DNA of 64,000 nucleotides from IMG/VR virus record IMGVR_UViG_3300028025_000090; one strand, 5' to 3'. The DNA comes from a virus. Position 1 is the stretch's first letter, and each line of letters opens with the position of its first letter. The translations under genes were made by a program, and so were the position numbers. The notes beneath the pieces were generated by a model. The model worked only from the letters and a program-made list of their open reading frames with translations, was not told the origin of the DNA and did not search any database. Below are positions 9,592 through 19,086 of this stretch, one piece after another.

Positions 9592-10499
9592 AATATATTG
9601 TGTTGTTTGTAAAATTGTTGAGCTTCTTCTCTACACTCATCATAACTAAACATATTTCCATCACGATCAATATAATTAAAAAATCTAGAATATACATCTC
9701 CAGTTGCCCAGTAACCATTGCTTACATTGTGTCTAGCCCAATATTTTGGAGCTATGATCTCTTTACATTTTGTATTCAACCACGCTGCCCACCATCCAAA
9801 AGATGAATTGGATATAATCAACCATTTAGCTTGATTCACTACATAAAAATCAAATCCAACATCAATATGAACAGTTGGGATATCAAACGGCATGAATGTT
9901 TTACTAAGATTTATATCATCAGTAATAACCAAGAATTTCATATTTGAATTGTTTTTCAACATATGATTTATTGAATCCCTCCAATATTCTCTCCTCAACA
10001 AAACATTATATAGTCCTGTATATTCCCCCCCTCTAAAATTAATTACACATAAGTCATCATCCAAAGAAATACCCATATCCAATAATTGATCGTCGTATTT
10101 TTTCCTATAATCATCATTAATCGAGAACCATCGTTCGACATCAAACTTTCTATCTATAATATAATCTTCTGATTGGAATAATCCCCCAAACGCACCATTA
10201 TCACCCAACATTATAGTATTATCTTCAATATCGTAAAGACGCTTATCCAAGACGGTAATATTGACTTGATCAACGTGATGAATATTTAACCATCTCTCGT
10301 GAAACTCTTTGGTTATACCCTCAACTGGTTTACCGAAATCAATATTCATGAATTTCATCTGATTATCCCCATTGAAATAATCATGAGTGGGGGAAGAATT
10401 GATACCCCACTCATAACCTTTATGTTCTGCAATAGTTCTACATACGGCATATTGCCACATGTGATTCCCTAAATTTCCTGTTAAATTTGTTGTAATCAT
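9588..10499 (-). CDS. GT11 fucosyltransferase-like
   Basis: GNLGNHMWQY, FQSEDY, NFRGGEY, NSSFGWWAAWL. Confidence 0.85.
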   Translation of the reverse strand: MITTNLTGNLGNHMWQYAVCRTIAEHKGYEWGINSSPTHDYFNGDNQMKFMNIDFGKPVEGITKEFHERWLNIHHVDQVNITVLDKRLYDIEDNTIMLGDNGAFGGLFQSEDYIIDRKFDVERWFSINDDYRKKYDDQLLDMGISLDDDLCVINFRGGEYTGLYNVLLRREYWRDSINHMLKNNSNMKFLVITDDINLSKTFMPFDIPTVHIDVGFDFYVVNQAKWLIISNSSFGWWAAWLNTKCKEIIAPKYWARHNVSNGYWATGDVYSRFFNYIDRDGNMFSYDECREEAQQFYKQHNIL

Positions 10500-11197
10500 T
10501 TATTATATTTCGATTTAATGTAAATATGTTCCTTGTCAATCATATTACTAGTGGTTGCTTGAGTTGTTTGACCAGCCCAAGTTCTTACTACTCCCAAAGG
10601 AATGCCACTTTTCAAAATAGTCGGTTGTCCATATTTTGTGATCATTCTGTGATAGAATTCTGTATCCATCATATATGAAAGTTTCTCATCGAAGAAATTA
10701 TCATCATTGATAAAATATATTACACTTGGTGGTCCTAATGAATTAACACCATCGATAAAATTATTATTACTATACGGAGTTCTTTGATTGTAGTATGTAT
10801 TTAAATCACCATTTAAATGTGTATATTCGTGAGCATACCAAGGATCACTCAAATTACTCAAAATATGTTTCAATGATTTTGAGTAATAAAAAAGATCATC
10901 TTGAAACAGCGGTTTTATATATTTTCCAGAGCTATGTTTGATGCAGCTATTTAAATTTGCCGACATCGATCCACGCCCATAAGAATTTTTAAAATATTTA
11001 ATATTCAAATCTTTAAAATTATCACAACACTTCTCAATTTCATTATCAAGAGAATGGTCAGAAACGATAATTTCAACATTCGATAGATCGCATTCCTGTG
11101 TTCTTATAATTGATAATGACTCGCTCAAATACTTCGCCCCAACCCCACTCATTTCGTAGCAAGGAACACATAATGATAATTGTGGTTTATCCGCCAT
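10496..11197 (-). CDS. glycosyltransferase family 2
   Basis: CVPCYE, IVSDHS, KPLFQDD. Confidence 0.85.
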   Translation of the reverse strand: MADKPQLSLCVPCYEMSGVGAKYLSESLSIIRTQECDLSNVEIIVSDHSLDNEIEKCCDNFKDLNIKYFKNSYGRGSMSANLNSCIKHSSGKYIKPLFQDDLFYYSKSLKHILSNLSDPWYAHEYTHLNGDLNTYYNQRTPYSNNNFIDGVNSLGPPSVIYFINDDNFFDEKLSYMMDTEFYHRMITKYGQPTILKSGIPLGVVRTWAGQTTQATTSNMIDKEHIYIKSKYNK

Positions 11198-11198
11198 A

Positions 11199-11816
11199 TT
11201 ACTTCAACCAAGTATAATCACATTTAGAATCATCAACATCACTATAATCATCATCCTGCCATGCTACGGACTTTTCACCGTTTTTCAAAACGTAAGATGG
11301 AAATGCTCTATGAAAAGCTGCATAATAAACATCTACAGGTGCATTCGCTTCAGCGATCAAGTGTAGTATTTGAGGTATAATATCACATTTGATAGCATAT
11401 GCATGTGTTGTCAGAGATGACACCATTCTAAATACATTATTTTTAACATGTGTCAAACCATTCAAATGATTACCACCCAAGTATAAAAATTTCCAATCAT
11501 CGGGAACATCCACTAAGTTATTCTCGAAAAAAGAATTTAATCCTTCATCAAATGATATATCATCTTCAAATATTAGTATTTTTTCATATCCTTCTTTTAG
11601 AGCTTTATTCAAAATATTCCAATGGCTAGATAAGCAAGCTAGAGGTCCATTTGCTATTTTCGATTCATTTTTAATATTATTTTTATCGATAGCAGAAAAT
11701 CTGTCAACAATTATACCATCTCTTTCAAAGAGATTGGAGCATTTCTCCCATCTATCTGGTCGTCTATCCAAATTTATACAATAAATTTTATCAAAATATT
11801 CGTTTAATTTTTTCAT
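11199..11816 (-). CDS. glycosyltransferase family 25
   Basis: YCINLDRRPDR, ACLSSH, ILIFEDD, THAYAI. Confidence 0.9.
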   Translation of the reverse strand: MKKLNEYFDKIYCINLDRRPDRWEKCSNLFERDGIIVDRFSAIDKNNIKNESKIANGPLACLSSHWNILNKALKEGYEKILIFEDDISFDEGLNSFFENNLVDVPDDWKFLYLGGNHLNGLTHVKNNVFRMVSSLTTHAYAIKCDIIPQILHLIAEANAPVDVYYAAFHRAFPSYVLKNGEKSVAWQDDDYSDVDDSKCDYTWLK

Positions 11817-12502
11817 AAATCAGCAACATCTTTGTTATATCGTTCTCTCACTTGTAAACCCAATTTGTAGAGTTGAACACTATCATGAGTCCCTCCGATA
11901 TCAATATCAGTGTCTCCATTGTTAGGGTTATATTTCTGAACTCTCCAAGACATACCTTCGTAATGTTTGAAATATTTATTCTCCATTTTAGCATTTGCAA
12001 CTGTTAAATCCGCTTTGATAACATCTTCGAACATCGTAGATCCAATATCATATATTCTTTCGGATTTTATTTCTTTGGTTCTATGATGATCATAAAAATT
12101 AATGTCATGCTCTTTTAATTGTTCTAAATCTATAAAACAAAACCACGGATTGACTCTTGGGTATAATGACTTCCCACCACGATCACCGACAACTTCTCCC
12201 ATCAATACAAATCCACCTTCTTTGAATTTCTCATATGGTTTTTTTATATCTTTCAAAAATAAAACATCGGAATCAACGAGTAACACGTATTTTGTTTTCA
12301 CTAAATCAAACGCTGCATTGACAGCATTTCCATGTGAAGTATTCAACATTTTAACGTTTTGAAAATCCATCATTGGATGTTCACCAGTATCTATTATCAG
12401 TATTTTCGGTAATACTGGACAATGTTTTTCTATAGATCTTTTAAGATTTATAATAAGATCAGGTGTATTATAATTACACGTTACAATCGTCAAATCGTCC
12501 AT
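11813..12502 (-). CDS. GT2-like glycosyltransferase
   Basis: IVTCNYNTP, LLVDSDV (DxD). Confidence 0.75.
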   Translation of the reverse strand: MDDLTIVTCNYNTPDLIINLKRSIEKHCPVLPKILIIDTGEHPMMDFQNVKMLNTSHGNAVNAAFDLVKTKYVLLVDSDVLFLKDIKKPYEKFKEGGFVLMGEVVGDRGGKSLYPRVNPWFCFIDLEQLKEHDINFYDHHRTKEIKSERIYDIGSTMFEDVIKADLTVANAKMENKYFKHYEGMSWRVQKYNPNNGDTDIDIGGTHDSVQLYKLGLQVRERYNKDVADL

Positions 12503-13335
12503 TTTTTCTTAATTTCTTTTAAAGATTTTCCAAAATCATCCATTTCAACTAGATGTGTTTGTATTGGTAAGTGACCATGTTTTTCGACGAAAACATCATC
12601 AGCTTTTTTAACATTTTCCATGAAAGACTGGTCGGAACAAATCGAAGATGTTTCAATCGACCAACCATCATCACCGATATATTCCCAAGAATTTTCAATA
12701 TCAGCAAACCACCAAAAAGGAGGATGATATCCTTTTTTAATAATCTCATACGTGTGATCAACATGTTCACAAGCATTATAATATCTTTCATCCATCAACC
12801 CAACATCATCTAAACATTCCCTTGAATAATATGAAAATGCCCCCACACAATGTTGATAAAATGATATTCCAGTATCATCATACTTGATAGTTATTTTGGG
12901 ATTAGCAATAATCTCTCCCATATCATTGCCAATTTTATTAGCAAAACCATGTTGTGAGAAATTGAAGTGTTGAATACCACTTTTCTTAGAAGCGTCGATA
13001 TATGCTTGGAAGATGTTTGGATTTTTAATAAACATATCATCTTCAATCAGAAAGATATGATCACATCCTGCATCAAGAAGATGCGCCAATGCGCTATTCT
13101 TAGCTTTGGCGACACCTAAATTTGCAGTTGGGGTGAACACTGCGATGTGTTCACCCTTCCAAGATCTTGCAATATCGACAGCGTAATTATCATCATAACT
13201 GCGATTGGTTTTAGTATCCTCAACCACATATAAATAATCAATTTGATCACCACAATCCAAAAGAGAATTGAAAAGCTTCTCAAACATGGATTTTCTTCCA
13301 CATGTGATAATACCAACTCCGATTTTTTCACTCAT
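12490..13335 (-). CDS. glycosyltransferase family 2
   Basis: Start refined to MSEKIGVGIITCGR (adjacent to the Nampt stop); NLGVAKAKN, LIEDD, EHVDHTY. Confidence 0.85.
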   Translation of the reverse strand: MSEKIGVGIITCGRKSMFEKLFNSLLDCGDQIDYLYVVEDTKTNRSYDDNYAVDIARSWKGEHIAVFTPTANLGVAKAKNSALAHLLDAGCDHIFLIEDDMFIKNPNIFQAYIDASKKSGIQHFNFSQHGFANKIGNDMGEIIANPKITIKYDDTGISFYQHCVGAFSYYSRECLDDVGLMDERYYNACEHVDHTYEIIKKGYHPPFWWFADIENSWEYIGDDGWSIETSSICSDQSFMENVKKADDVFVEKHGHLPIQTHLVEMDDFGKSLKEIKKKWTI

Positions 13336-13336
13336 A

Positions 13337-14929
13337 TCAAAAATTCTTTGCAACTCGTTCACGGATTTCAGCAAGAGTCCAATCCTTCATAAGCTTTCCA
13401 TCAGAGAAGACGTTCACGAAAGCACAGTTCTTGACATCATCCCAAGTTGCTTGGTCTTTCATAGTAAATCCATCTTCGGTTTCATAAACCGCAATCAGAC
13501 CTTTAGCGGATTTTTTGAGTCCATCATCAGTCTTAGGGTCTTTGAAAATTTCAATACCTCGACGTTCACCATTAACTAGAACTTCTCCATAGGTGGATTT
13601 GACAGCAAACCCGTGAGTATCTCTAGTAATAATAGCATCAGGAGTTACAGCACCTTGATAGGTGAAGCTACCGATACCATATACAATGTTGGTAGAAGCA
13701 AATCCCTTAGTGGCAAGACGTTCACAAATTTGAGTAGCACGTTCAAGCGTAATGGAGTCTCCGTAGATTGCTCCGATGTGGCTGTCAAGCTGCTTATATC
13801 CAGTGCTGGTTTCGGTACCACCGAAGATTTCCCAAAGGCACACAACCATACCCTTGACTTCAAGCTCAGTGATTTCTTTGGTGTAAGGTGTTGGCGAGCC
13901 ATTTTTATGCGATACAATATCAAAGATGTAATATTTTCCATCGCGAACTTCATATTCATCAGGCAAATAGCCAGTCACAATCTTAACTGGATCACCAGAG
14001 TCAGGACGAATCACAACCTTGCCATCACGAGCCATAATCTTATCCTTCAGTTGAGCAGCAATGCCGCCATCAGGATTGACAACGTTCCAGAAGTCCCAAG
14101 TATCAGACACAATCGAGACAATACCACTTGGATAGAGTTTGCTAATAATACGATCGAATGTACCAATCTCATCTTCAACTCCACCCATACACATCACACT
14201 GTGTTCCGTAGCTGAGACGCTACCGCCAACAAGTTCCTTATCAGAATCTGCATTATAATACTCTTCGAGATAATCAATAGCAGGAACTGTATCTGTGCCA
14301 GTGAATGCGAGCAAATGAGCAGCACCGCTTTTAATAGCAGCATCAAATCCAAAGTGTCCACGGAAACTAAAGTCGTGTCCTTGCCATGGGACAAAATCGA
14401 TCATTTCAGGGTTAGTCTTATTAGCCCATTCATTGAGAATTTGACGATACATTACAGCAGTGGTAGCACTGGTACAACCACCCCAAAGATTAGCACTGAT
14501 AATGGTTTCAATAGCATTCGTTAGCCAGAAAAATTTATCGTCAGTATTCCACATGACAAACATGGGGACTCTAAGATCAACGGCAGAACCTTCTGGCAAC
14601 GCCCAAATTTGAAGAGGGAGATATCCAAGAGCATGAAGATCACGAATATGTTGCTCACCAATACCATTTGGTCCTAGATAATTTTTAAGACGACGATTGT
14701 AATCTGCAACGACTTCTTCAACATCCTTGGCAAAGAATTCATCACCCCATTCTTGGATTAGATGTTCCTTGATAAATGCCTGTAATGAGAAGAAAATAAC
14801 TTTATTCAATCCTTTAACGCGAGTGCCACGGGCAGTCATATTAGAAAAGACTAATAGACTATTTTCTGGATATTGACGACGATGATCACATTTGTATCCG
14901 TCGAAGCTGAGATGTGGTTTCTTTTTCAT
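13337..14929 (-). CDS. nicotinamide phosphoribosyltransferase-like (Nampt / NARP1 Namat candidate)
   Basis: DGYKCDH, HDFSFRG, GTDT, ATEHSVM, SIVSDTWD, IRPDSGDP, YGDSIT, KSAKG. Confidence 0.93.
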   Translation of the reverse strand: MKKKPHLSFDGYKCDHRRQYPENSLLVFSNMTARGTRVKGLNKVIFFSLQAFIKEHLIQEWGDEFFAKDVEEVVADYNRRLKNYLGPNGIGEQHIRDLHALGYLPLQIWALPEGSAVDLRVPMFVMWNTDDKFFWLTNAIETIISANLWGGCTSATTAVMYRQILNEWANKTNPEMIDFVPWQGHDFSFRGHFGFDAAIKSGAAHLLAFTGTDTVPAIDYLEEYYNADSDKELVGGSVSATEHSVMCMGGVEDEIGTFDRIISKLYPSGIVSIVSDTWDFWNVVNPDGGIAAQLKDKIMARDGKVVIRPDSGDPVKIVTGYLPDEYEVRDGKYYIFDIVSHKNGSPTPYTKEITELEVKGMVVCLWEIFGGTETSTGYKQLDSHIGAIYGDSITLERATQICERLATKGFASTNIVYGIGSFTYQGAVTPDAIITRDTHGFAVKSTYGEVLVNGERRGIEIFKDPKTDDGLKKSAKGLIAVYETEDGFTMKDQATWDDVKNCAFVNVFSDGKLMKDWTLAEIRERVAKNF

Positions 14930-14931
14930 AT

Positions 14932-15342
14932 TTATTTTGTATTTTTGTTTATTTTTTCTAAAAGTATTTCTAAAGTTTCTAGAGCTTGTCCTAAACCCGC
15001 TCTATCACAAAGTAAAAGATTATAGTAAATCTTACCATCGTTTCCAATTTTGTCTAATAAATTTTTATTAATTCCTTGAATTTTAATGAGATTGTCTTCA
15101 AAAAATTGTTCAATTTTTTCAAATCTTTCTTTCTCCGAAGCAGTGAAAACAATCAATTTGAAATTATTTTCATTACATCTTTTCAAGATATTGATAACTT
15201 CTGAGGTATCATAATCGTCTTTATAAGGGCAAACTGTGTCATCAAAGTCTACTGCAATAATTAAAGAGTTATGTTCTTTCCATTGTTGAAATAATCTCTC
15301 TGCACAATTTTCAGATTTTGTAAAAGGATGATTATATCTCAT
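14932..15342 (-). CDS. small HAD-superfamily hydrolase
   Basis: IAVDFDDTV motif I; LIVFTA motif II. Confidence 0.7.
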   Translation of the reverse strand: MRYNHPFTKSENCAERLFQQWKEHNSLIIAVDFDDTVCPYKDDYDTSEVINILKRCNENNFKLIVFTASEKERFEKIEQFFEDNLIKIQGINKNLLDKIGNDGKIYYNLLLCDRAGLGQALETLEILLEKINKNTK

Positions 15343-16268
15343 TGGTATTTGATTTTAAAAGTTGTCAAACCAGCGAATTTTAAGATATCTGACCAATTTT
15401 GCTTACTATTGGTCGTGAAAACGAAGTCAAATTTACGTGAAACATTTTCAACCCCTTCTTGGCAGTCACTGTGTGTGGTAAACAATCCCAAAGAACCACA
15501 ATTTTTCTCTTTCAATTTTTCAGCAAGACCCAAGAATGTCCCACCTTTACAATTGATATCATCGATTATCAATGTCGGTGCGCCCTCAACAAGTCCTTCA
15601 CCAACGTAAAATTCTTTCAAAGAACCGTCTTTAACGTCTCGAATTTTTTCACATCGGACGAGATGATAAAGATGAGTTCTATCTTGATTGGATAGATACT
15701 CAATGATTTTCTGAACTCTTTTACCAGCACCAGCATCAGGACATACGATATTAATATCCTTACCATTCGACATTTCCAAAACACTTTGCAACACCCATTC
15801 ACGTTCATCTAAAATATGAACATTATTGATCAACGCTGGTGTAACATCACTATGCGGACACAGAATAGATACCTTATCAAATCCACAAGAGTTGATCATA
15901 TCCGCGAAGATTTTCAAAGTAAAAGCCTCTCCTGTATTACAAATTCTATCTTGTCTTGCTGCTGGGAAATAGGGTATGAACAATTCAATATTTTTGATCC
16001 CCATACGGCGAACAGCATCATTGGCTATTACGATATCGATCAAATCCGACACCGAATTAATACGGTGCGTGATCACCATATTACCATTATATAACGATGA
16101 TTCGATTTTAAAATTTGGTTCTCCTGCTGGAAAAAGTCCTTTGGAAAACTTAACTTTGAAAATTCCGCCTTCATAATTTTCAAAAGGATCAAAATTCTGA
16201 TCCAGATTGAGAACATAAAGCTCTTCGCTTTCGTTTTTCCAAGTAATGTGATTTTTTTGTTTCATCAT
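15339..16268 (-). CDS. ribose-phosphate pyrophosphokinase-like (Prs / NARP1 Adps candidate)
   Basis: FPAGEP, PYFPAARQDR, PDAGAGKR, IIDDINCKGGTF. Confidence 0.9.
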   Translation of the reverse strand: MMKQKNHITWKNESEELYVLNLDQNFDPFENYEGGIFKVKFSKGLFPAGEPNFKIESSLYNGNMVITHRINSVSDLIDIVIANDAVRRMGIKNIELFIPYFPAARQDRICNTGEAFTLKIFADMINSCGFDKVSILCPHSDVTPALINNVHILDEREWVLQSVLEMSNGKDINIVCPDAGAGKRVQKIIEYLSNQDRTHLYHLVRCEKIRDVKDGSLKEFYVGEGLVEGAPTLIIDDINCKGGTFLGLAEKLKEKNCGSLGLFTTHSDCQEGVENVSRKFDFVFTTNSKQNWSDILKFAGLTTFKIKYQ

Positions 16269-16289
16269 GTTGCGATTGTAACCTAGTTT

Positions 16290-17027
16290 TTAAATCTTGA
16301 AATTCTTGATTTGATTCGTGAGATTCTTGAATTGATTATCCTTTTCTATCCATTGACCCTGATCTTTCAGCATTTGTTCCATCATTTCCAGATTTTTAGG
16401 ATCAAGAACACTTTCTTGTGTTTCAATTAATTCACCTTTTTGATCGATAAATTCTCCAACCCAAGCAATTCGATCATCAAGATTCGGAATATTTTCAATA
16501 GGAATAATTGCTGGCATGTCATCAGCGATGAAGAATGGTGTGTTTTCCAGATGATCAGAATATTGTTCATAAAGACCAGCAAAGATATCATCAATCTCCT
16601 GAATATAATTCAAATTAGTATCGCGTAATCCATCTGCTACAACTTTGATAGTGGGATCGTATTTAATCCAAAAAATAATATCTAGATTTTTCAGAGAACG
16701 TCGAACAATATCTACAGTAATTCCGAGAACATCCTCCGATACCAAATCTTTTTCAGTAGCATGGAGGGTATATGCCAAATTATCCAAAGGACAGCGATCA
16801 TATACGACATATTTCTCATCCTTATTAACTTCTAAGGTCTGTGTCATCCAATCCAAGATAAGCAATTGTGTTTCTGCTGTGGTATTGGAAGAATGTTTCA
16901 AATCTTTTTCTTTGATAATATCTCTGTATGTTTTTAACGGTGTTTTATACATCTGCCATTTCTGCAAAAAAGACTTAATTAAGGTGCTTTTTCCGACATT
17001 ACCGCTACCACTAAACGCAATTTTCAT
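16290..17027 (-). CDS. P-loop nucleoside/nucleotide kinase (AAA_28/NadR-kinase-like)
   Basis: GSGNVGKST Walker A; YDRCPLD. Confidence 0.7.
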   Translation of the reverse strand: MKIAFSGSGNVGKSTLIKSFLQKWQMYKTPLKTYRDIIKEKDLKHSSNTTAETQLLILDWMTQTLEVNKDEKYVVYDRCPLDNLAYTLHATEKDLVSEDVLGITVDIVRRSLKNLDIIFWIKYDPTIKVVADGLRDTNLNYIQEIDDIFAGLYEQYSDHLENTPFFIADDMPAIIPIENIPNLDDRIAWVGEFIDQKGELIETQESVLDPKNLEMMEQMLKDQGQWIEKDNQFKNLTNQIKNFKI

Positions 17028-17034
17028 ATTAATT

Positions 17035-17062
17035 AATTTACCACCATATTCTCATAAATCAA
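17035..17062 (-). promoter_or_regulatory. sigma70-type promoter TTGATT-N16-TAAATT, 7 nt before ATG at 17027
   Basis: read directly from the minus strand. Confidence 0.55.
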
Positions 17063-17074
17063 GTGGTTTTTTGT

Positions 17075-17080
17075 TAAATA
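17075..17080 (+). promoter_or_regulatory. late promoter core TAAATA upstream of phoH
   Basis: TAAATA-N9-ATG. Confidence 0.45.
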
Positions 17081-17089
17081 ATAATACAT

Positions 17090-17830
17090 ATGTCAGTTAA
17101 AAAGACACCTCCTCGTAAGAGGAAAGAGCGGGATGTGACAGAAGAATATACTGAACACATCAAAAAGGGGTTTGATTTATCAAATTTATATTTGAAAAAT
17201 AATTATCCAATGACTGATAACCAACAGAAATTTTATTATATGTCGCAAAGTCCGAGGAATAATATGGTATTTGTCAACGGACCAGCAGGAAGCGCGAAGA
17301 CTCACTTAGCTGTATTTTCAGCCTTAGAACTTCTAAAGAACGGGCATGTTGATAAGATCATCTATATTCGTTCTGTAGTGGAGAGTTCTTCACGTTCAAT
17401 TGGATTTCTTAAAGGTGACGAGAATGAAAAATTCTTACCTTATATTATGCCAATGTTGGATAAATTGAATGAAATTTTGTCTAAAACAGATATCACTTAT
17501 TTGATGGAAAACGAATATATCAAAGCAATACCAGTAAATTTCGTAAGAGGTCTTACCTTCCATCGCTGTGCTGTGATCATTGATGAAGCTCAAAACATGA
17601 CAAAGGGAGAGCTAACAACCATCCTAACACGATTTGGTAGACATTCTCGATACTTCGTATTGGGCGATGCTGCTCAAGCAGATATCAAGGACTCTGGATT
17701 TACTTCCGTATATGAAGCATTTGACACTGATTTCTCAAGAAAAAATGAAATTCAATGTGTCGAATTCGACACAAGTGATATCGTGAGATCACAGATATTG
17801 AAACATATCACGCAAGTTCTCAAGGTATAA
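17090..17830 (+). CDS. phoH: PhoH-like ATPase
   Basis: GPAGSAKT, RGLTF, IDEAQNMT, GDAAQAD. Confidence 0.93.
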   Translation: MSVKKTPPRKRKERDVTEEYTEHIKKGFDLSNLYLKNNYPMTDNQQKFYYMSQSPRNNMVFVNGPAGSAKTHLAVFSALELLKNGHVDKIIYIRSVVESSSRSIGFLKGDENEKFLPYIMPMLDKLNEILSKTDITYLMENEYIKAIPVNFVRGLTFHRCAVIIDEAQNMTKGELTTILTRFGRHSRYFVLGDAAQADIKDSGFTSVYEAFDTDFSRKNEIQCVEFDTSDIVRSQILKHITQVLKV

Positions 17831-17831
17831 T

Positions 17832-17845
17832 GCGTATTAATACGC
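17832..17845. terminator. 14-bp perfect palindrome between convergent genes (possible bidirectional terminator)
   Basis: GCGTATTAATACGC. Confidence 0.35.
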
Positions 17846-17857
17846 TATAAATACTAA

Positions 17858-18037
17858 TCACTTCGCCCCCCAAGAAGTACCATCAAACCATGAATGACCT
17901 TTTGGATTTTCCAAGGTTGGTTGTGGTTTTTGTGGTGTTTCTACTTTGATTGGTTGCTCAACAGCTTTCGGTGTTTCTTCTTCACCGTTCACAATCTTAA
18001 AATTCTCATCCTCTTTCACTACGATTTCTACGTTCAT
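17858..18037 (-). CDS. 59-aa hypothetical late protein (below ORF-track cutoff)
   Basis: MNVEIVVKEDENF...HSWFDGTSWGAK; TAAATA at 18043-18048 lies 5 nt upstream. Confidence 0.65.
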   Translation of the reverse strand: MNVEIVVKEDENFKIVNGEEETPKAVEQPIKVETPQKPQPTLENPKGHSWFDGTSWGAK

Positions 18038-18073
18038 ATTGATATTTATGAATGATTTGTGAATGTCAATATC

Positions 18074-18619
18074 TTATGGCGTGGTAGATGTTGGAGGCGT
18101 AGTAGATGGTGGAGTATTTTTCTCTCCTTCGGGTCTAGCATCATCGTTCCAATATGCATCCTTCCTATCTTCATCTTTCATAAATTGATCCCATCTAGGT
18201 TTAATGACCCAATCAAAGGAATCTTTGTCTTTATCAAAAAGAACAATTGCTTGAGGATATCTGAATTTTTTACCAGCTACAGATTCACCTGTTGGGGTGA
18301 CACCTTTTTGCGCTACTTTGACCAGATAGTGCTGCCCCTTTGGAGTGTTTTTACCCACTTTAATTTTTTCATTTGGGATTGGCACTATGCCTTGTTCATC
18401 CATCCAATCCAAAATTCTTTCTTCTATTTTTTTGACGGATTGTTTTATTCTTTGTATAGCACCTCTACTTGCTTGTGCAATATTAGCCAATTTAGAACTA
18501 GTATTAGGCGCGACAACCTTACCAACTTCTTTACCTACTTGCTTTGCGAAATTAAGACCTCTTTTAAAAGCATCCCAAAGTCCCTCTTCCAATAATTCTC
18601 TCTGTGATAACTTATACAT
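18074..18619 (-). CDS. hypothetical, candidate internal head protein
   Basis: ORF; N-terminus MYKLSQRELLEEG. Confidence 0.6.
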   Translation of the reverse strand: MYKLSQRELLEEGLWDAFKRGLNFAKQVGKEVGKVVAPNTSSKLANIAQASRGAIQRIKQSVKKIEERILDWMDEQGIVPIPNEKIKVGKNTPKGQHYLVKVAQKGVTPTGESVAGKKFRYPQAIVLFDKDKDSFDWVIKPRWDQFMKDEDRKDAYWNDDARPEGEKNTPPSTTPPTSTTP

Positions 18620-19070
18620 CGACTGATAATTTTTTGTCTGCTACATTGTTTAATGCCACATCGATCAGGGCATCCAATTCATTTTTGATAAAATCTTTTC
18701 CGATTAAAACCTTGTGGTCATTAGTAGATCGATTACTAATAGAAAAGGGGATACTTTTAAATTTTTTACCTCCTATAATACAATCGAAAAGACACACAGG
18801 TCTTTCAACAGTATTTCCTTCTCCGATATTAATTATGATTGTATCTTCTGTAGGTTTTTCTAATCTCATGGAATTGATGGTTGTGAATCTTACTATCTTC
18901 TCGCCTGTTTTCTTATCCTTACCAAATTCAACATCTTCTCCATGTAAAACATTGTAAGCACCGTTACCAGTATCCAATTTAGAGGAAATAGTCCCGACAC
19001 CATCAATAATAATATCTTCGATTAGACCGAATATATTTTTTTCCACAAAGAATTGTTTGAAACTTGTCAT
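18612..19070 (-). CDS. retropepsin-like (RimK-associated 'ATP-dependent Zn protease' family) aspartic protease
   Basis: KLDTGNG catalytic motif; ERPV; VLIGKDFI. Confidence 0.75.
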   Translation of the reverse strand: MTSFKQFFVEKNIFGLIEDIIIDGVGTISSKLDTGNGAYNVLHGEDVEFGKDKKTGEKIVRFTTINSMRLEKPTEDTIIINIGEGNTVERPVCLFDCIIGGKKFKSIPFSISNRSTNDHKVLIGKDFIKNELDALIDVALNNVADKKLSVDV

Positions 19071-19086
19071 TCATTTATAAAAATTA

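Noticed and set aside
13268-14524. Long plus-strand ORFs (e.g. 13613-14215) opposite Nampt
   Set aside because: Antisense to a clearly conserved gene, with no motifs or promoter.
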